This document shows positions 1 to 11,349 of a stretch of DNA of 64,000 nt, one piece after another; within the stretch, counting starts at the first letter, position 1; the number at the start of each line of letters is the position of its first letter. Where the stretch lies: assembly GCA_020184695.1 (NCBI GenBank), contig JAANOX010000050.1, forward strand, positions 1-64,000, read 5' to 3'. The stretch is from Histomonas meleagridis 2922-C6/04-290x. Its lineage: Eukaryota > Protista > Parabasalia. The notes under the pieces were generated by a model that worked only from the letters and a program-made list of their open reading frames with translations, searched no databases and was not told the origin of the DNA. A program made the translations under genes and the position numbers.

Positions 1-821
1 ATTTCTTTCCAAGGAAAAGACACAATAAGCGGGTCATATTTATTACACATTAGTGATAAAACGGAGCATCCACTTAACAAAGCACCTCCAGGCTGCTTAA
101 ACTATGTTAAACTCACCAATTCATATGCGTTATCACAATTCCAACTTCCGCAACAATTTTATTATGCGATTAAAGGAGACATTGTCACTCCACAGTCATG
201 CATCAAAGCAACTCCTTTCGTACGATATATTAGGAAACAAGGAAAGCTCAAAGGACATTTCGTTATCTTTGCAATTTCTTTCAAATGCAACAAATGCCAA
301 AGTCATTATTAGTTTATGGATATTATGACTTGCCTCCATTATCTATAAAAGATCTCGATATCGGAATTGGCGCTATCGATAGTAAATTTAACGTAATCGG
401 ATATGTTAACCATCAGAAGCCATCGGTATTTAATAATGCACTGCATTGGAATTTTAGAAATCAAACAAAGCATTGGGACTTCAGCCTCGGCACTATTATA
501 TCAAGAATTGATTTAAGTTCGTTGCCAAACGAAGTTAAATTTTTGAACATTTACGTGTCAGTAGCAGAAAGTGGTTACTTTGACTTCTCAAGAGGAGGAT
601 TCTTACAGATACATTGCGAAGAGGCAAAAAGAGAACTGTTTAGAATAGAAGCAAGACAAAAGGGATCAGGATCAGCTGTTAACTACTGTGTGCTGATGAG
701 ATTAGATGATGGAAATTGGGCTGCGTTGCCAATGGTGAAGGGTTACAAGGTACCTGGAAGCCAGCCAATGTACGATCAATTTCAGCTGTGGCAAGAGATT
801 TGCAAGATCAAAATTTCCTGA
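1..821 (+). CDS. TerD-like domain protein, 5' end outside the window, frame discontinuity near 230-330
   Basis: ORF 285-821 has TerD-like motifs: DLDIGIGAID (cf. DLDLSA), RIDLSSLPNEVKFLNIYV (cf. VDLSKVPADVEKIVF) and a C-terminal ELFRI...GNWAALPMVKGY. Frame 1 is separately open from base 1 to TAG at 310-312. Confidence 0.55.
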
Positions 822-1157
822 ACCAACAGCTTAAAGGTTTGGAATAAATAATCCACTTTTTCATGCTAATAACCGTAAAAGTATGTTTTTTCAGTTCGTT
901 TTAATCTTCAATAGCGGTTATATATTTTTCTTTGCTTTCTTTTGATATTTTTATGTTTGATAAAAAAAAACGAAGAACTTTCGAGTCTGTAGGAACCAGA
1001 GAATGTCTTAATGTGCCTTTGTTTTCATTTTGAAAAATTGAACAATTTATAAAATTATTGATAAGTTTATGTGAAAAGTGTCATTCTGAATTTGATATCA
1101 AATGAAACATTTTCGAAACAGAAGAAAAATTAAAGACAATAGTGTGAAAACCTAGAT

Positions 1158-2905
1158 GTGTTACAGTCTATTGAACAAATTGTATTTGATTTAAATGAAA
1201 AAAATATTGATGAATCAGTATGTTCTTTCATGACTTATTTTTCCAAAGAATATTCATATAATTTAGCTTTATGCAGATTTATATATTCATATTTTGTATC
1301 AAATGACAATTACAAATTATGTTTTGAATATTTAAAAATGGTTCAAACAAAAGAAAGAGAAATTATGAATGATTCAAATAACAAATCAATGATTGATATC
1401 TTTATAGATCTTCTTCTTATTATAAAAACTCAAGGGTCAAGTTATCTTCTAGAAAAAATGCCTGAAAACGAAATGATTAGTTCGGACAAACTCAAATTCA
1501 AGAAATTACCATATTTTGTATATCTGATTGATGAAAATGATTTGTGTGATTCAGATTATTCTCTGATATCAGAAAATTATGAAGAACTATCAAAGAATGA
1601 TTGGGAACTTCATAAGAAACTTATTTCAGAAGGAGTAAATCCAAATGAAATTGCAAAAATAATTCGAAATGATGAAATAGAAAAACTTCAAGAAATATCA
1701 TCACAAAATGAATTCGATTTTAATCAATTCATTGAACCATCACTTTATGAGAGATGTGATTTTATTAATAAAGAAGATGTTTCATTACTGGATTATGCAG
1801 CATTTTTTGGATCAATTAAATGTTTTAGATATTTATTATTAAATTGTTATTGTAATCATGCAAAAACAGGTAAATATGCAGCTGCTGGTGGTAACTTAGA
1901 AATGATACATTTATGTGAACAAAATCATTTAAGTTTTGACGATTCATGTGATTTATTAATAATGCTTCATCGGAATGATGTATTTATTTATCTTTATGAA
2001 AATAAACTCATTTATATAAAAAATTTAACATTATTAGGTGATTTATGTATATCGCATAATAATTTTGAGATTTTCTCATTTTTAGAAAGTGAAGGAATGG
2101 AAATCAATAAATCAATGATTATCACGGCAATTCAAACAGGTAATTTATTACTTTTAAAACACTTACTTCAAAAGATGCCTGTTAAAACTTATGTTTACGA
2201 AATTTTAAAATTTTCAGGTAAAGAAGAACTTTTTAATTACCTTAGAATCAATAAATATATTAAGTTTAAGTATAAAGAAGGTTTATAACTTTTATTTATG
2301 ATTGTGTATTTTCTTTGGAATTTCTTATTAATGCTAAAGATAAAATTTATTTTAATAATTTTTTATTTCAAAATAATATCAAAAATACAGTTTTGAAAAG
2401 TTTACTCATGAAACATTTATTACCTAAACTTATGATCATATTTATTTTAATAATATTTTATTTCAAAATAATGTTTGGAAATGATTTAAATTATTTAAAA
2501 CAGCACTTATGTATGCATCTGAAAATGGTCATACAGAAACAGTAAAATTACTTCTTGAACAAGAAGGAATTGATATTAATGCTAAAGATATTTATTTGTT
2601 TAATTTGTGCTTTATTTTGATAATTTGATATTTTAAAATAATATTTGGAAATTATTTAAATTATTTACTACAGCACTTATATTTGCATCTTCAAATAATC
2701 ACACAGAAATAGTTAAATTACTTCTTGAACAAAAAGATATTGATATTAATGCTAAAGATATGTATTTGTTTTATTTGAAATTCATTTTGATAGATTCAGA
2801 TTCCAAAATAATATTTGGAAATTGCTTAGATCATTTAAAACAGCACTTATATATGCATCTAAATAAGGTTATACAGAAATAGTTAAATTACTTAAAACTA
2901 TTTAA
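1158..2905 (+). pseudogene. DUF3447/ankyrin-repeat gene (locus 1), probably degenerate
   Basis: Contains SLLDYAAFFGSIKCFRYLL and YAAAGGNLEMIHLCEQ motifs. There is no in-frame ATG at the homologous start (GTG at 1158). Ankyrin repeats start at 2500, 2670 and 2840, separated by 80-nt inserts, and the last repeat has an internal TAA. Confidence 0.75.
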
Positions 2906-3157
2906 AATGATATTATTTAATTTACTAAACTAAAAAGTTCAAAATCTTTAAATGAGAATAATTCGAATTTTTCTAATAAACATTTTAGTTTTTGTGAAAA
3001 TTTTATTCATATTCAGATAATCATTATACAATATTAGTTATTGTTTCTTCAAGCATTTACTCAATACTTAAATACGGCGCATTCTTAGAAACGAAACAAT
3101 GCAATAACATTCAAATGTTTTATTTATACATTTTCTAAAAAAATATTCTCATTTGGC

Positions 3158-6100
3158 TCATCCAAAATCGCCTACCACAGCCGAAGTAAGTAAAATGTGT
3201 TCATCAATTTCTGCTCTAAGTAATCTGTTCTTTTGGTTCTTCTTATACAACAACACAGACACAACGACAATGATAACAATCAAAGCAACGCCGCCAATTG
3301 TAACGCCAACTATTATTCCTGTTAGATCTGTTTTTACGTCTTTTGTATATGTGCACACATTGTAATAGTCATCAGGCTCATCGGCGAGAATTTGGTTCCA
3401 TTCTTTTGTCCCATTGACGTCGTAATCATCGTAATTCTTAACATATGGCAAACATAAAGTAATGTCATATACAAAATGTCCTTTCTTTTGGATTTTATTA
3501 CGATTTGTGTTTGCAAATACTTGAGAATTGAAATCAGGTGGTTGATCAGGAAATGAGATAATTGATAATGATGAACAACCTTCAAAAATTTTCTTAGAAT
3601 TTGGTGGTACTACACGTAACAAAGGCATGTGTATGAATGAAAGTGAAGAACACCCTTTAAAAATTTGATCTCCTTCGATGTATATTAAGTTTCCAAAAAT
3701 CACTGTTTTGAGTGATTTACAATTTTCAAATGAATTGCTTTTGATCGTTTCCAAACTGCTCATTTCAATTGCTTCAAGTGAAACACAATTTGAAAATGTA
3801 AACATTTCAATTGTCAAAACATTTTCGAGTGAAACATTTCTTAAGTTAGAACAATTAGAAAAAGATTTAGAACCAATTTCATTTACCTTAGTTAAGTTTA
3901 ATGTTAATAAATTTTGGCAATTTTCAAATGCAGAAACGCCAATTTTTACAACATTTGGAAATGAAATTTTTGTTAACGATATGCAATTTCTAAATGAACT
4001 TTCGTTAATTGCTTCCAAATTTGGAAAATTAACGTTTTGAAGGACATTACAATTTTCGAATGCCGAAACACCAATTTTTATTACATTTGGAAATGAAATA
4101 TCATATAAAGATATACAATTTCTAAATGAATTTCCATTAATTATTTCCAAATTTGGAAAATTAATTTCATTTAATAAATTACAATTACAAAATGCACTTT
4201 CGCCAATTATTTGTAACTTTGGCAAGTTAACATTTTGTAAATTTATACATTTATCAAAAGTTTCTTTCTTTATTTCGTTTAAATTTGGCAATGAAATTGA
4301 CGTAAGATTTACACATGACTGAAACACATTATCATTAACTGACTCCAAAATTTCGTTATTAAAATATTTTATGTTATTACAATATGCAAAACAATTTGAT
4401 CCAATTATTTTTAACTTTGTAAAATTAATATCTTGAATTGCTGAATTCATAAAACATTCATTTCCAAGTTTTACAATGTTTGGAATATTTATCTCAGTTA
4501 AATTCGTTTGACCCTTAAAACATCCTTCACCAATTTCAAGTAAATTAATTGCACTAAAACATTGTAAATTAGTTCCGACGAAAACTTCTTTTCCGATGTA
4601 TTTAAGTTTTGGCATATTCACATTCACAGTATTAAATTTTGAGTTTTTAAATGCATAATCACTACAATTAATTACGGAAGATAAATTAATACTAAAAATA
4701 TCACTATACGAAAATGAATAAGTTCCAATGAATTCTAAACATAAGAAATCGGCATGTAAACCTTTTGTATTATAAAAACATTTTTCGCCAATTTTAACAG
4801 CGTTAAATTTATGAATATATCCGCCAAAGTATGAAATGAACCTTGCATTTTTGAAACATTCATTGCCGAATTCTTTACAGTTCGGTATCTCTATTTTATC
4901 GATATACTGATTAGCAAATAAGTAATCAGGCGCAATTTCTAAACTCGGCATATTGAAGTTATGTATTGAGCTTTGTCCTTGAAATAGATATTTATTACAA
5001 TGTGATAACTTCATCGCTTGAAATGAAACAATTGATTCACATAAAGAAAATATATATTCACCAGCTTCAATAAGATTAGGAAATGTACAATTTTCCAAAT
5101 AAATACATTTCTCAAATACGTAATTTCCGATCTTTTCGACGTTCTCGAAATAAATCGAAGAAAATGATAAACAATTCGAAAATGAATAATCATTTATTGT
5201 TATAACATTTGGGAAATTAACTTCTTTTAAATTAGTGCAAAATGAAAATGAATAATTTCCAATTGTTTTAATACTAATTAAATCAACTTCTTCTAAATAT
5301 ATACATTCGAAAAAACATTTGTTCGGACAATTTTCGATTTTTGGTAAAGAAGCATATTTAAGGTTTTTACAATGATAAAAACAATTTTCACCAATCGAAG
5401 TCAAACTTGGAAAAGAAATATTTTCCAATTTCAAACATGACGCAAAAGCGTTTTTACCAATTTCTTTTATATTTTCACCCAATAAAACTAAAGCCAAATT
5501 CGAACACAAATTAAATGCATATCCACCTAATGAAATAACCGAGTTAGAAATTGTAATATTTCGTAATGAATGACACATTTCAAATGCATTATCATCAAAT
5601 GTTTTAACGCTTTCACCCATAATAACTAATTCTAAACTCGAACATAAACGAAACGATTGTATCCCAATAGAAGTAACCGAATTTGGAATTGTTATATTAA
5701 TTAAAGATGTACAACCATAGAATAATAAATCACTAATTTTACTTAGCTGATTCGGAAGTATTATATTTTCTAATGATGCACAACTTTCAAAAGCTGAAAC
5801 ATCAATAGTTACAACAGAGTTTGGAATTGTTATACTTTTTAATGATTTACAATGCATAAATGAAAAGTTACAAATTGTTACAACTGAATTTGGTATTATA
5901 ATGTTTACCAAAGATGAACACCCATCAAATGAATATTGTTTTATTGTTGTTATTGAATTTGGTATTGTAATATTTGTTAATGAATCACACTCACAAAACA
6001 TATAACTTTCAATTGCATTTATAGTGTTTGGAATTGTGATATTATCTAATGAAAAACATATATAAAATAAATAATCGCCAATTGTCTCAATGTTTTCACT

Positions 6101-6796
6101 AAAAATAAATGTCCGTAAACCAGCGCATCTATAAAACGCAGCTTTACCAATTGTTGTGACTGTGTTCGGAAGTATAATATTTAATATTGTTGGACATTCC
6201 GAAAATGAATATTCTTCAATTGTCTTTAAATTTTCGCTAAATATAATGGTAGTTAATGAATCACATTTGCTGAATGAATGATTGCTTAGTAAAACAATTG
6301 AATTTGGGAGAGTGACATCAATTAACGATACACATTCAGAAAATACATAATTGTTAATTGACGTGATTGAGTTGGAAATGGTAACATCGGAGAGTAGGGC
6401 GCATTGATAAAATGCATATTCTGAAATTGATGTGACTGAATCTGGAATTTTAATGCTCCTTAATGAAATGCATAGGTGAAATGCATGGGATTGAATGGAT
6501 TCTAAGCCTTCACTAAGTGTAACTGTTTTAAGCTTGGAACATGCACAAAAAACATAATGTTCAATCGTTTTAACAGAATTCCCAATATGTGCTGAAATAA
6601 GATTTTTCCATGAAATAAACTCATCCCTAGGAATTGCGCTAATTTCTCCACCAATGAAAACATGTTTTGTCAAGTTTTTATATTTTTGAGTGAAATCGTT
6701 TTTTGTATAAATAATTAATGTATTATTACTTTCAATAAAAGACATTTTACCATGAACTGCAAGTAAAGTACATATGAAACAGATCGAGTAAATCAT
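3158..6796 (-). CDS. BspA-like leucine-rich-repeat (TpLRR/LRR_5) type I surface protein
   Basis: Dozens of xIPxSVxxIxxxAFxxCxxL repeats. Signal-like MIYSICFICTLLAVHG starts at ATG 6796 (the ORF is open to 6913). A TM segment GIIVGVTIGGVALIVIIVVVSVLLY precedes a tail ending DEHILL...VVGDFG. Confidence 0.95.
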   Translation of the reverse strand: MIYSICFICTLLAVHGKMSFIESNNTLIIYTKNDFTQKYKNLTKHVFIGGEISAIPRDEFISWKNLISAHIGNSVKTIEHYVFCACSKLKTVTLSEGLESIQSHAFHLCISLRSIKIPDSVTSISEYAFYQCALLSDVTISNSITSINNYVFSECVSLIDVTLPNSIVLLSNHSFSKCDSLTTIIFSENLKTIEEYSFSECPTILNIILPNTVTTIGKAAFYRCAGLRTFIFSENIETIGDYLFYICFSLDNITIPNTINAIESYMFCECDSLTNITIPNSITTIKQYSFDGCSSLVNIIIPNSVVTICNFSFMHCKSLKSITIPNSVVTIDVSAFESCASLENIILPNQLSKISDLLFYGCTSLINITIPNSVTSIGIQSFRLCSSLELVIMGESVKTFDDNAFEMCHSLRNITISNSVISLGGYAFNLCSNLALVLLGENIKEIGKNAFASCLKLENISFPSLTSIGENCFYHCKNLKYASLPKIENCPNKCFFECIYLEEVDLISIKTIGNYSFSFCTNLKEVNFPNVITINDYSFSNCLSFSSIYFENVEKIGNYVFEKCIYLENCTFPNLIEAGEYIFSLCESIVSFQAMKLSHCNKYLFQGQSSIHNFNMPSLEIAPDYLFANQYIDKIEIPNCKEFGNECFKNARFISYFGGYIHKFNAVKIGEKCFYNTKGLHADFLCLEFIGTYSFSYSDIFSINLSSVINCSDYAFKNSKFNTVNVNMPKLKYIGKEVFVGTNLQCFSAINLLEIGEGCFKGQTNLTEINIPNIVKLGNECFMNSAIQDINFTKLKIIGSNCFAYCNNIKYFNNEILESVNDNVFQSCVNLTSISLPNLNEIKKETFDKCINLQNVNLPKLQIIGESAFCNCNLLNEINFPNLEIINGNSFRNCISLYDISFPNVIKIGVSAFENCNVLQNVNFPNLEAINESSFRNCISLTKISFPNVVKIGVSAFENCQNLLTLNLTKVNEIGSKSFSNCSNLRNVSLENVLTIEMFTFSNCVSLEAIEMSSLETIKSNSFENCKSLKTVIFGNLIYIEGDQIFKGCSSLSFIHMPLLRVVPPNSKKIFEGCSSLSIISFPDQPPDFNSQVFANTNRNKIQKKGHFVYDITLCLPYVKNYDDYDVNGTKEWNQILADEPDDYYNVCTYTKDVKTDLTGIIVGVTIGGVALIVIIVVVSVLLYKKNQKNRLLRAEIDEHILLTSAVVGDFG

Positions 6797-7038
6797 GGGT
6801 TGTGTTATTTTTTTAAATTTTGGTGACTTGGGAAATAACTTTTTAAATACTTTACACGGAAAAGTTTTAACGTCAAAACAATTTTTTTTCGATGAGTTTT
6901 CGACAAAAACCATAAAAACAAAGAAACATCAGTTGCTGCTTTAAGCAGTTTTTGGATATTAAGATTATGAAAAATATTTTTTTTTTAAATTTGAATAAAT
7001 AATATATATATAAAATATTTATAATATATATTTCAGCG

Positions 7039-8322
7039 TCAAGCTAAGGGAGAAGATACCTTCTTTGAAACCCTTCTCTTCTTTGGAAGTATAAGCTGAG
7101 GATTTAAATTTTCTTTTGAACTTTCATTTTCATTACTCTGTCTTTCATTTCTTTCAAGACGTCTTTCAAGATCCCTTATTGTTTGTTCATGCTTATTCAC
7201 AAGAGAAAGGAGATATGGAACTTTATCGTCATTCATCATATCAGTATATCTTTCGTTTATCTCTTGCAGTTGATCCTCAAGGTCTTCCCTAATCTTTTTC
7301 TGTTCTTCAAGTTGTCTATGGAGTTCTTCTAATTTTGCTTCAGCACTTTCGTCAGTTCTTGTTTCCCAAAACGGTTGTGACGCGGCGGTTTGGACGGTTT
7401 CCAGCACTTTTGTGAGAGCATTCAAAATTTCGGTTTTGTTTGATTTGATGTTTGATGCGTTGAAGAGCAAATCAGAAAGATGACCGAAAACGGGATAAAG
7501 TGGTGACGAGCGACTGATAGAGATAAAATTGGGGTCAATGCGCTTTGACAATAGCGAAATAATGTTGAGACGAGTTCGAGATTCTTCTTTTGGTTGATTA
7601 ATGCGAATTTCTTTGAGCTCATTGAAGAGCCTTTGATTAACTTCGTTTGTGCATTTGGTCTCTTGTTGTGCTTGCTTAAGTTCGATGTTGACCCGAGATA
7701 ATTTTGATTCAAGTTGTTCCTTTTGCTCAAGAAGAGCTTCATATTTTGACTTCCATGAAAGGACTTCTTCATCTTGTTTGGAAATGTGGGATATTGCATC
7801 TGAGAGTCTTATTTTGAGAGATTCGAATTCATTTAAATTTGGTATATTTTCATCAGATCGGATCATCTCTTTACTTAACTGTACTGATGTTTCAAGAAAT
7901 GACTTTTGAAGTGCTTGAATTTGATTTTCATAAGAAATCAATTTTTCTGAACATTTAAAAATTTCATCAAGTGATGTGCACTTAAAATTTTGGAAAAGCT
8001 GATGAATGAGATGCTGATATTTATGTTCGGCATCTGATTGTTGACGTTTTGCGATTAATGCAGATTCTTTCAACTTAGATTTTTCTTCTTCAATACTTTC
8101 TACATATTTGTTACGCTCTTCGAGTTCCTTCTGTATAGTTATAGCCTGGTTTTCCATTTCCATGAGTTTTCCTTCATATTCAGCTTTGAGTATTTCTTCT
8201 TTTTGTGAGTATATCAAACTTTGTTGGTTAATGTATTGCTTGAAAGCCTCAATCGAATCAATTGACACTTCATTGTCACTTTGAAGCTCAATAGAACTTC
8301 GGAAGTTGGGGTCTTCAAGCAT
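7039..8322 (-). CDS. Coiled-coil hypothetical protein
   Basis: Long open frame, E/K/Q/L-rich heptads. First ATG is at 8322 (the track start 8361 is TTG). Confidence 0.75.
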   Translation of the reverse strand: MLEDPNFRSSIELQSDNEVSIDSIEAFKQYINQQSLIYSQKEEILKAEYEGKLMEMENQAITIQKELEERNKYVESIEEEKSKLKESALIAKRQQSDAEHKYQHLIHQLFQNFKCTSLDEIFKCSEKLISYENQIQALQKSFLETSVQLSKEMIRSDENIPNLNEFESLKIRLSDAISHISKQDEEVLSWKSKYEALLEQKEQLESKLSRVNIELKQAQQETKCTNEVNQRLFNELKEIRINQPKEESRTRLNIISLLSKRIDPNFISISRSSPLYPVFGHLSDLLFNASNIKSNKTEILNALTKVLETVQTAASQPFWETRTDESAEAKLEELHRQLEEQKKIREDLEDQLQEINERYTDMMNDDKVPYLLSLVNKHEQTIRDLERRLERNERQSNENESSKENLNPQLILPKKRRVSKKVSSPLA

Positions 8323-8732
8323 GTAAAAAAATAAACGGCTTGGAATTGATAAACTATTCAAAAATTACATGTTTCCCCGCCATTGACCTAAAATAGAATT
8401 TGCTGAGTTTTTCTCCTATCTTTGAATTTTTTGTTGTTACTCAACTCGTTGTATATATTTAATTAGAGTTTAATAGTAGTTTAAACAAATTAAAATTCTT
8501 TAACTCAATAAATAAATAAAATTATTTTGTTAGAGGTCATAAAATCAATCATAACTTGATATCTAAGTCGTTTTGATATAGATAAGTTTCTTTTTGGGTA
8601 GTCTATTAAATGGATGTGCTTGATTGAAAAAAAATTTCATGCACATGTAATTTGAAAATTTAAAGAAAAATTAAGTTAAACATATCCATTACTATATGGC
8701 TATTCATAAGAAAGTTCAACAACATGTGATCC

Positions 8733-9490
8733 ATGTGGCTTAGGGAAGTATACATTGAAGCAGGTCGTAAAAACAGATGCGAAAAGTGTCCAGTTCCATT
8801 ATCATTAACAGGTGCAACCAAATGTATAATATGTCCAAAAGGAACAAATGCATATTCATTTGCACTGGAACAAATTCGAAAAGTGTTCTTCCAATTCTTA
8901 TGCAGATCAAGAAAGATTAGGTGCATGTAAGGAATGTCCACTCGGCACTGATACACGGGCATTTACATCATGTAAGAAATATACAGGAACAGAAAGTCAA
9001 TATGAATACGCACAAAGGTTACGACTCATCAAGAGAAGCTACATTCAAATGCCAAGAGTGTCCAAAAGGTTTATATTCACAAGAGGGTGCAACTAAATGC
9101 ACATTATGTCCAAAGGGAACATATTCATCATCAACACGTGCGAAAGAAAACACAAAGTGCTCCGCTGGTTACTACTCAGATGAAGAAGGTGCTAAGACAT
9201 GTAAGAAGTGTCCAGTATGTACATGTGGTATTCCAATACGTAGCTACGGCACTTAACCTTTGCTATAATTGCCCATGCGGAACAACATTGCTAGCAAATG
9301 TACTGAATGTTCACCTGGATACTTTCCGAACAGAGAGCTAGAGAATAAATCAGAGAGCTCTTCTTCTTGTGTGATATTTTTCCAATTTTTCATCATCGAT
9401 GATTGTGCCGTCACTTTTTTCATTATCAACCTCAACCGTTATTTAACAATGGATTCCAGTGGGAATAACATATTATCAGACCATTTTTGA
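8733..9490 (+). pseudogene. Fragmented Cys-rich (CxxCPxGxYS, GCC2/GCC3 ephrin-receptor-like repeat) surface-protein gene
   Basis: Repeats such as CKECPLGT, CQECPKGLYS, CTLCPKGTYS and CTECSPGYF are spread over three frames with stops. A hydrophobic remnant lies near 9370-9440. Confidence 0.75.
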
Positions 9491-10043
9491 AAAAAACTCA
9501 ATATTTTTTTTGTTTTTAGAGATATGAAGCCTAAATAAAAAATCTGTCCTGTGAGATTTTAGATAATCTTCGAAAACCTTTATGAAAACAAATCATAAAA
9601 ACAGCTGTTTTTGAATGATTTACTCAAGTTGTTTGTTGATTTAGGGCACCCCATATTAATTCGTTGTCGAGATTTGATAACATTGCACTTTTTAATATCA
9701 CCCAAATTCGACTCTTCCTTATTTCCTCCCTTCCTCGAATACAGTTATATTACAGTAGAAATCTGTTAGTCCGACTCTATGAGAATTTTAGAAACTTTCC
9801 GTTCAAATTTGTAAAATTTCGGAATTAATTTCTTAATTTATCATATTATAATATATTTAATAATATATATATTTTAAAGTAAACGCATTTTATCAATTTG
9901 CATATTTACATATACATTTCCATTTAGAAAGTAGAATTACAGTACAAGAGCGACGGTTGGCTCATCGGGTTAATTTATTGAATTGAAAACATCGACCAAT
10001 AAACAAGATTTAAATTGAGAGCATAACCGTGCTCTTTGAACGT

Positions 10044-10051
10044 TGCGGTTA
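10044..10051 (+). promoter_or_regulatory. Motif-3-like core promoter element (TGCGGTTA)
   Basis: Matches the Trichomonas Motif 3 consensus HRCSGTTD, 26 nt upstream of the beta-amylase ATG. Confidence 0.45.
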
Positions 10052-10077
10052 AGGATTGAATATGAACATTTAGCAAA

Positions 10078-11349
10078 ATGTTGTCTTGCCTGTTTGCGCT
10101 TGGGCTTTCGACATCATTCTATGTCATGGCACCCCTTGATTTCCTCGACAACAACCAGAACTTCAAATACCAAAGCAAACTTGAAGGTTGGCTTGATAAG
10201 ATGAAAGAAGCTAACGTCGATGGTATGATGGTTGATGTTTGGTGGGGCCTTGTCGAAACAAGCAAAAAGAGTTACAAATGGACAGGTTATGAAACATTCT
10301 TCAACATGTGCAAATCCAGGAATTTAAAGATCATCCCAGTTATGTCATTCCACAAGTGTGGTGGTAATGTTGGTGATACCTGCAATATCCCACTCCCAAG
10401 CTTTGTTGTCAATGCTAAACCATTCTTCAAAGATCAAAACGGATTTGTTGATGAAGAATACATCTCATTCGGTTACGATAACACAGTTATTGACGGCAGC
10501 AGAACACCAATTCAAATGTACAGCGACTTCATGAGCGCTTTCAAGAACAAATTCCAAAGCTATCTTAACGATGGAACAATTGTTGAAATCGAAGTCGGTG
10601 TTGGTCCATGCGGTGAAATGAGATACCCATCTTACCTTGCTGCTTCTGGCTGGAGCTATCCAGGCTGTGGTTTATTCCAAACATATGATGATAAAATGAA
10701 GGCACTTCTTGTTGCCGATGCTGCCGCTGCTGGCGTTCCAAGCTTTGGCCGTAACCCAACTAACACAGGTGGTACAAACACAAGACCAGGCGGTTCACAA
10801 TTCTGGACAGATGGCCAAACCGACAGCTGGAACTCCGAATACGGACAATGGTTCATCAAATGGTACGCACAAAAGCTTATTGACCACGGATCTCTTGTTC
10901 TTAATGAAGCTCGTACCGTATTCCCATCAACCAAACTCTCATGCAAGATTGCTGGTATCCACTGGTGGTACATGTACTCATGCCACTGTGCTGAAGTTAC
11001 CGCAGGATTCAATAACTTCCTCTTCTATGATGGCTATCGCGATATCTTATCAGCATTCAAGAGATACAATGTTGATTGCTGCTTCACATGCCTTGAAATG
11101 AGTGAAAATAGCCAATACGGATCAAATCCACCATATCTTGTCCAACAACTTCTTAATGATTCTGAATGGGCAGGAATCGATTTCGAAGGTGAAAACGCTC
11201 TCGAAGTTTATGACTGGGGATCATACGGAAGAATCACTGAATGGGCAAAGAAGGGACTTAAGGCATTCACTTTCCTCAGATTAAATGATAATTTGATCAA
11301 CAACTACAATACCTTCAAGTCATTCGTCAACAACATGCACAACGCATGA
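10078..11349 (+). CDS. Beta-amylase (GH14), secreted
   Basis: VMAPLD, GMMVDVWWGLVE, VMSFHKCGGNVGD, GVGPCGEMRYPSY, KIAGIHWWY, FTCLEM, GENAL and FTFLRL motifs, plus a short signal peptide. Confidence 0.97.
   Translation: MLSCLFALGLSTSFYVMAPLDFLDNNQNFKYQSKLEGWLDKMKEANVDGMMVDVWWGLVETSKKSYKWTGYETFFNMCKSRNLKIIPVMSFHKCGGNVGDTCNIPLPSFVVNAKPFFKDQNGFVDEEYISFGYDNTVIDGSRTPIQMYSDFMSAFKNKFQSYLNDGTIVEIEVGVGPCGEMRYPSYLAASGWSYPGCGLFQTYDDKMKALLVADAAAAGVPSFGRNPTNTGGTNTRPGGSQFWTDGQTDSWNSEYGQWFIKWYAQKLIDHGSLVLNEARTVFPSTKLSCKIAGIHWWYMYSCHCAEVTAGFNNFLFYDGYRDILSAFKRYNVDCCFTCLEMSENSQYGSNPPYLVQQLLNDSEWAGIDFEGENALEVYDWGSYGRITEWAKKGLKAFTFLRLNDNLINNYNTFKSFVNNMHNA

Noticed and set aside
2590-2674. Canonical GT-AG intron reading of the ankyrin inserts (TT|GTTT...ACAG|CA)
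   Set aside because: The donor is phase 2 and the acceptor phase 1, so joining them shifts the frame. The GT is absent in some copies and no branch-point consensus is present.
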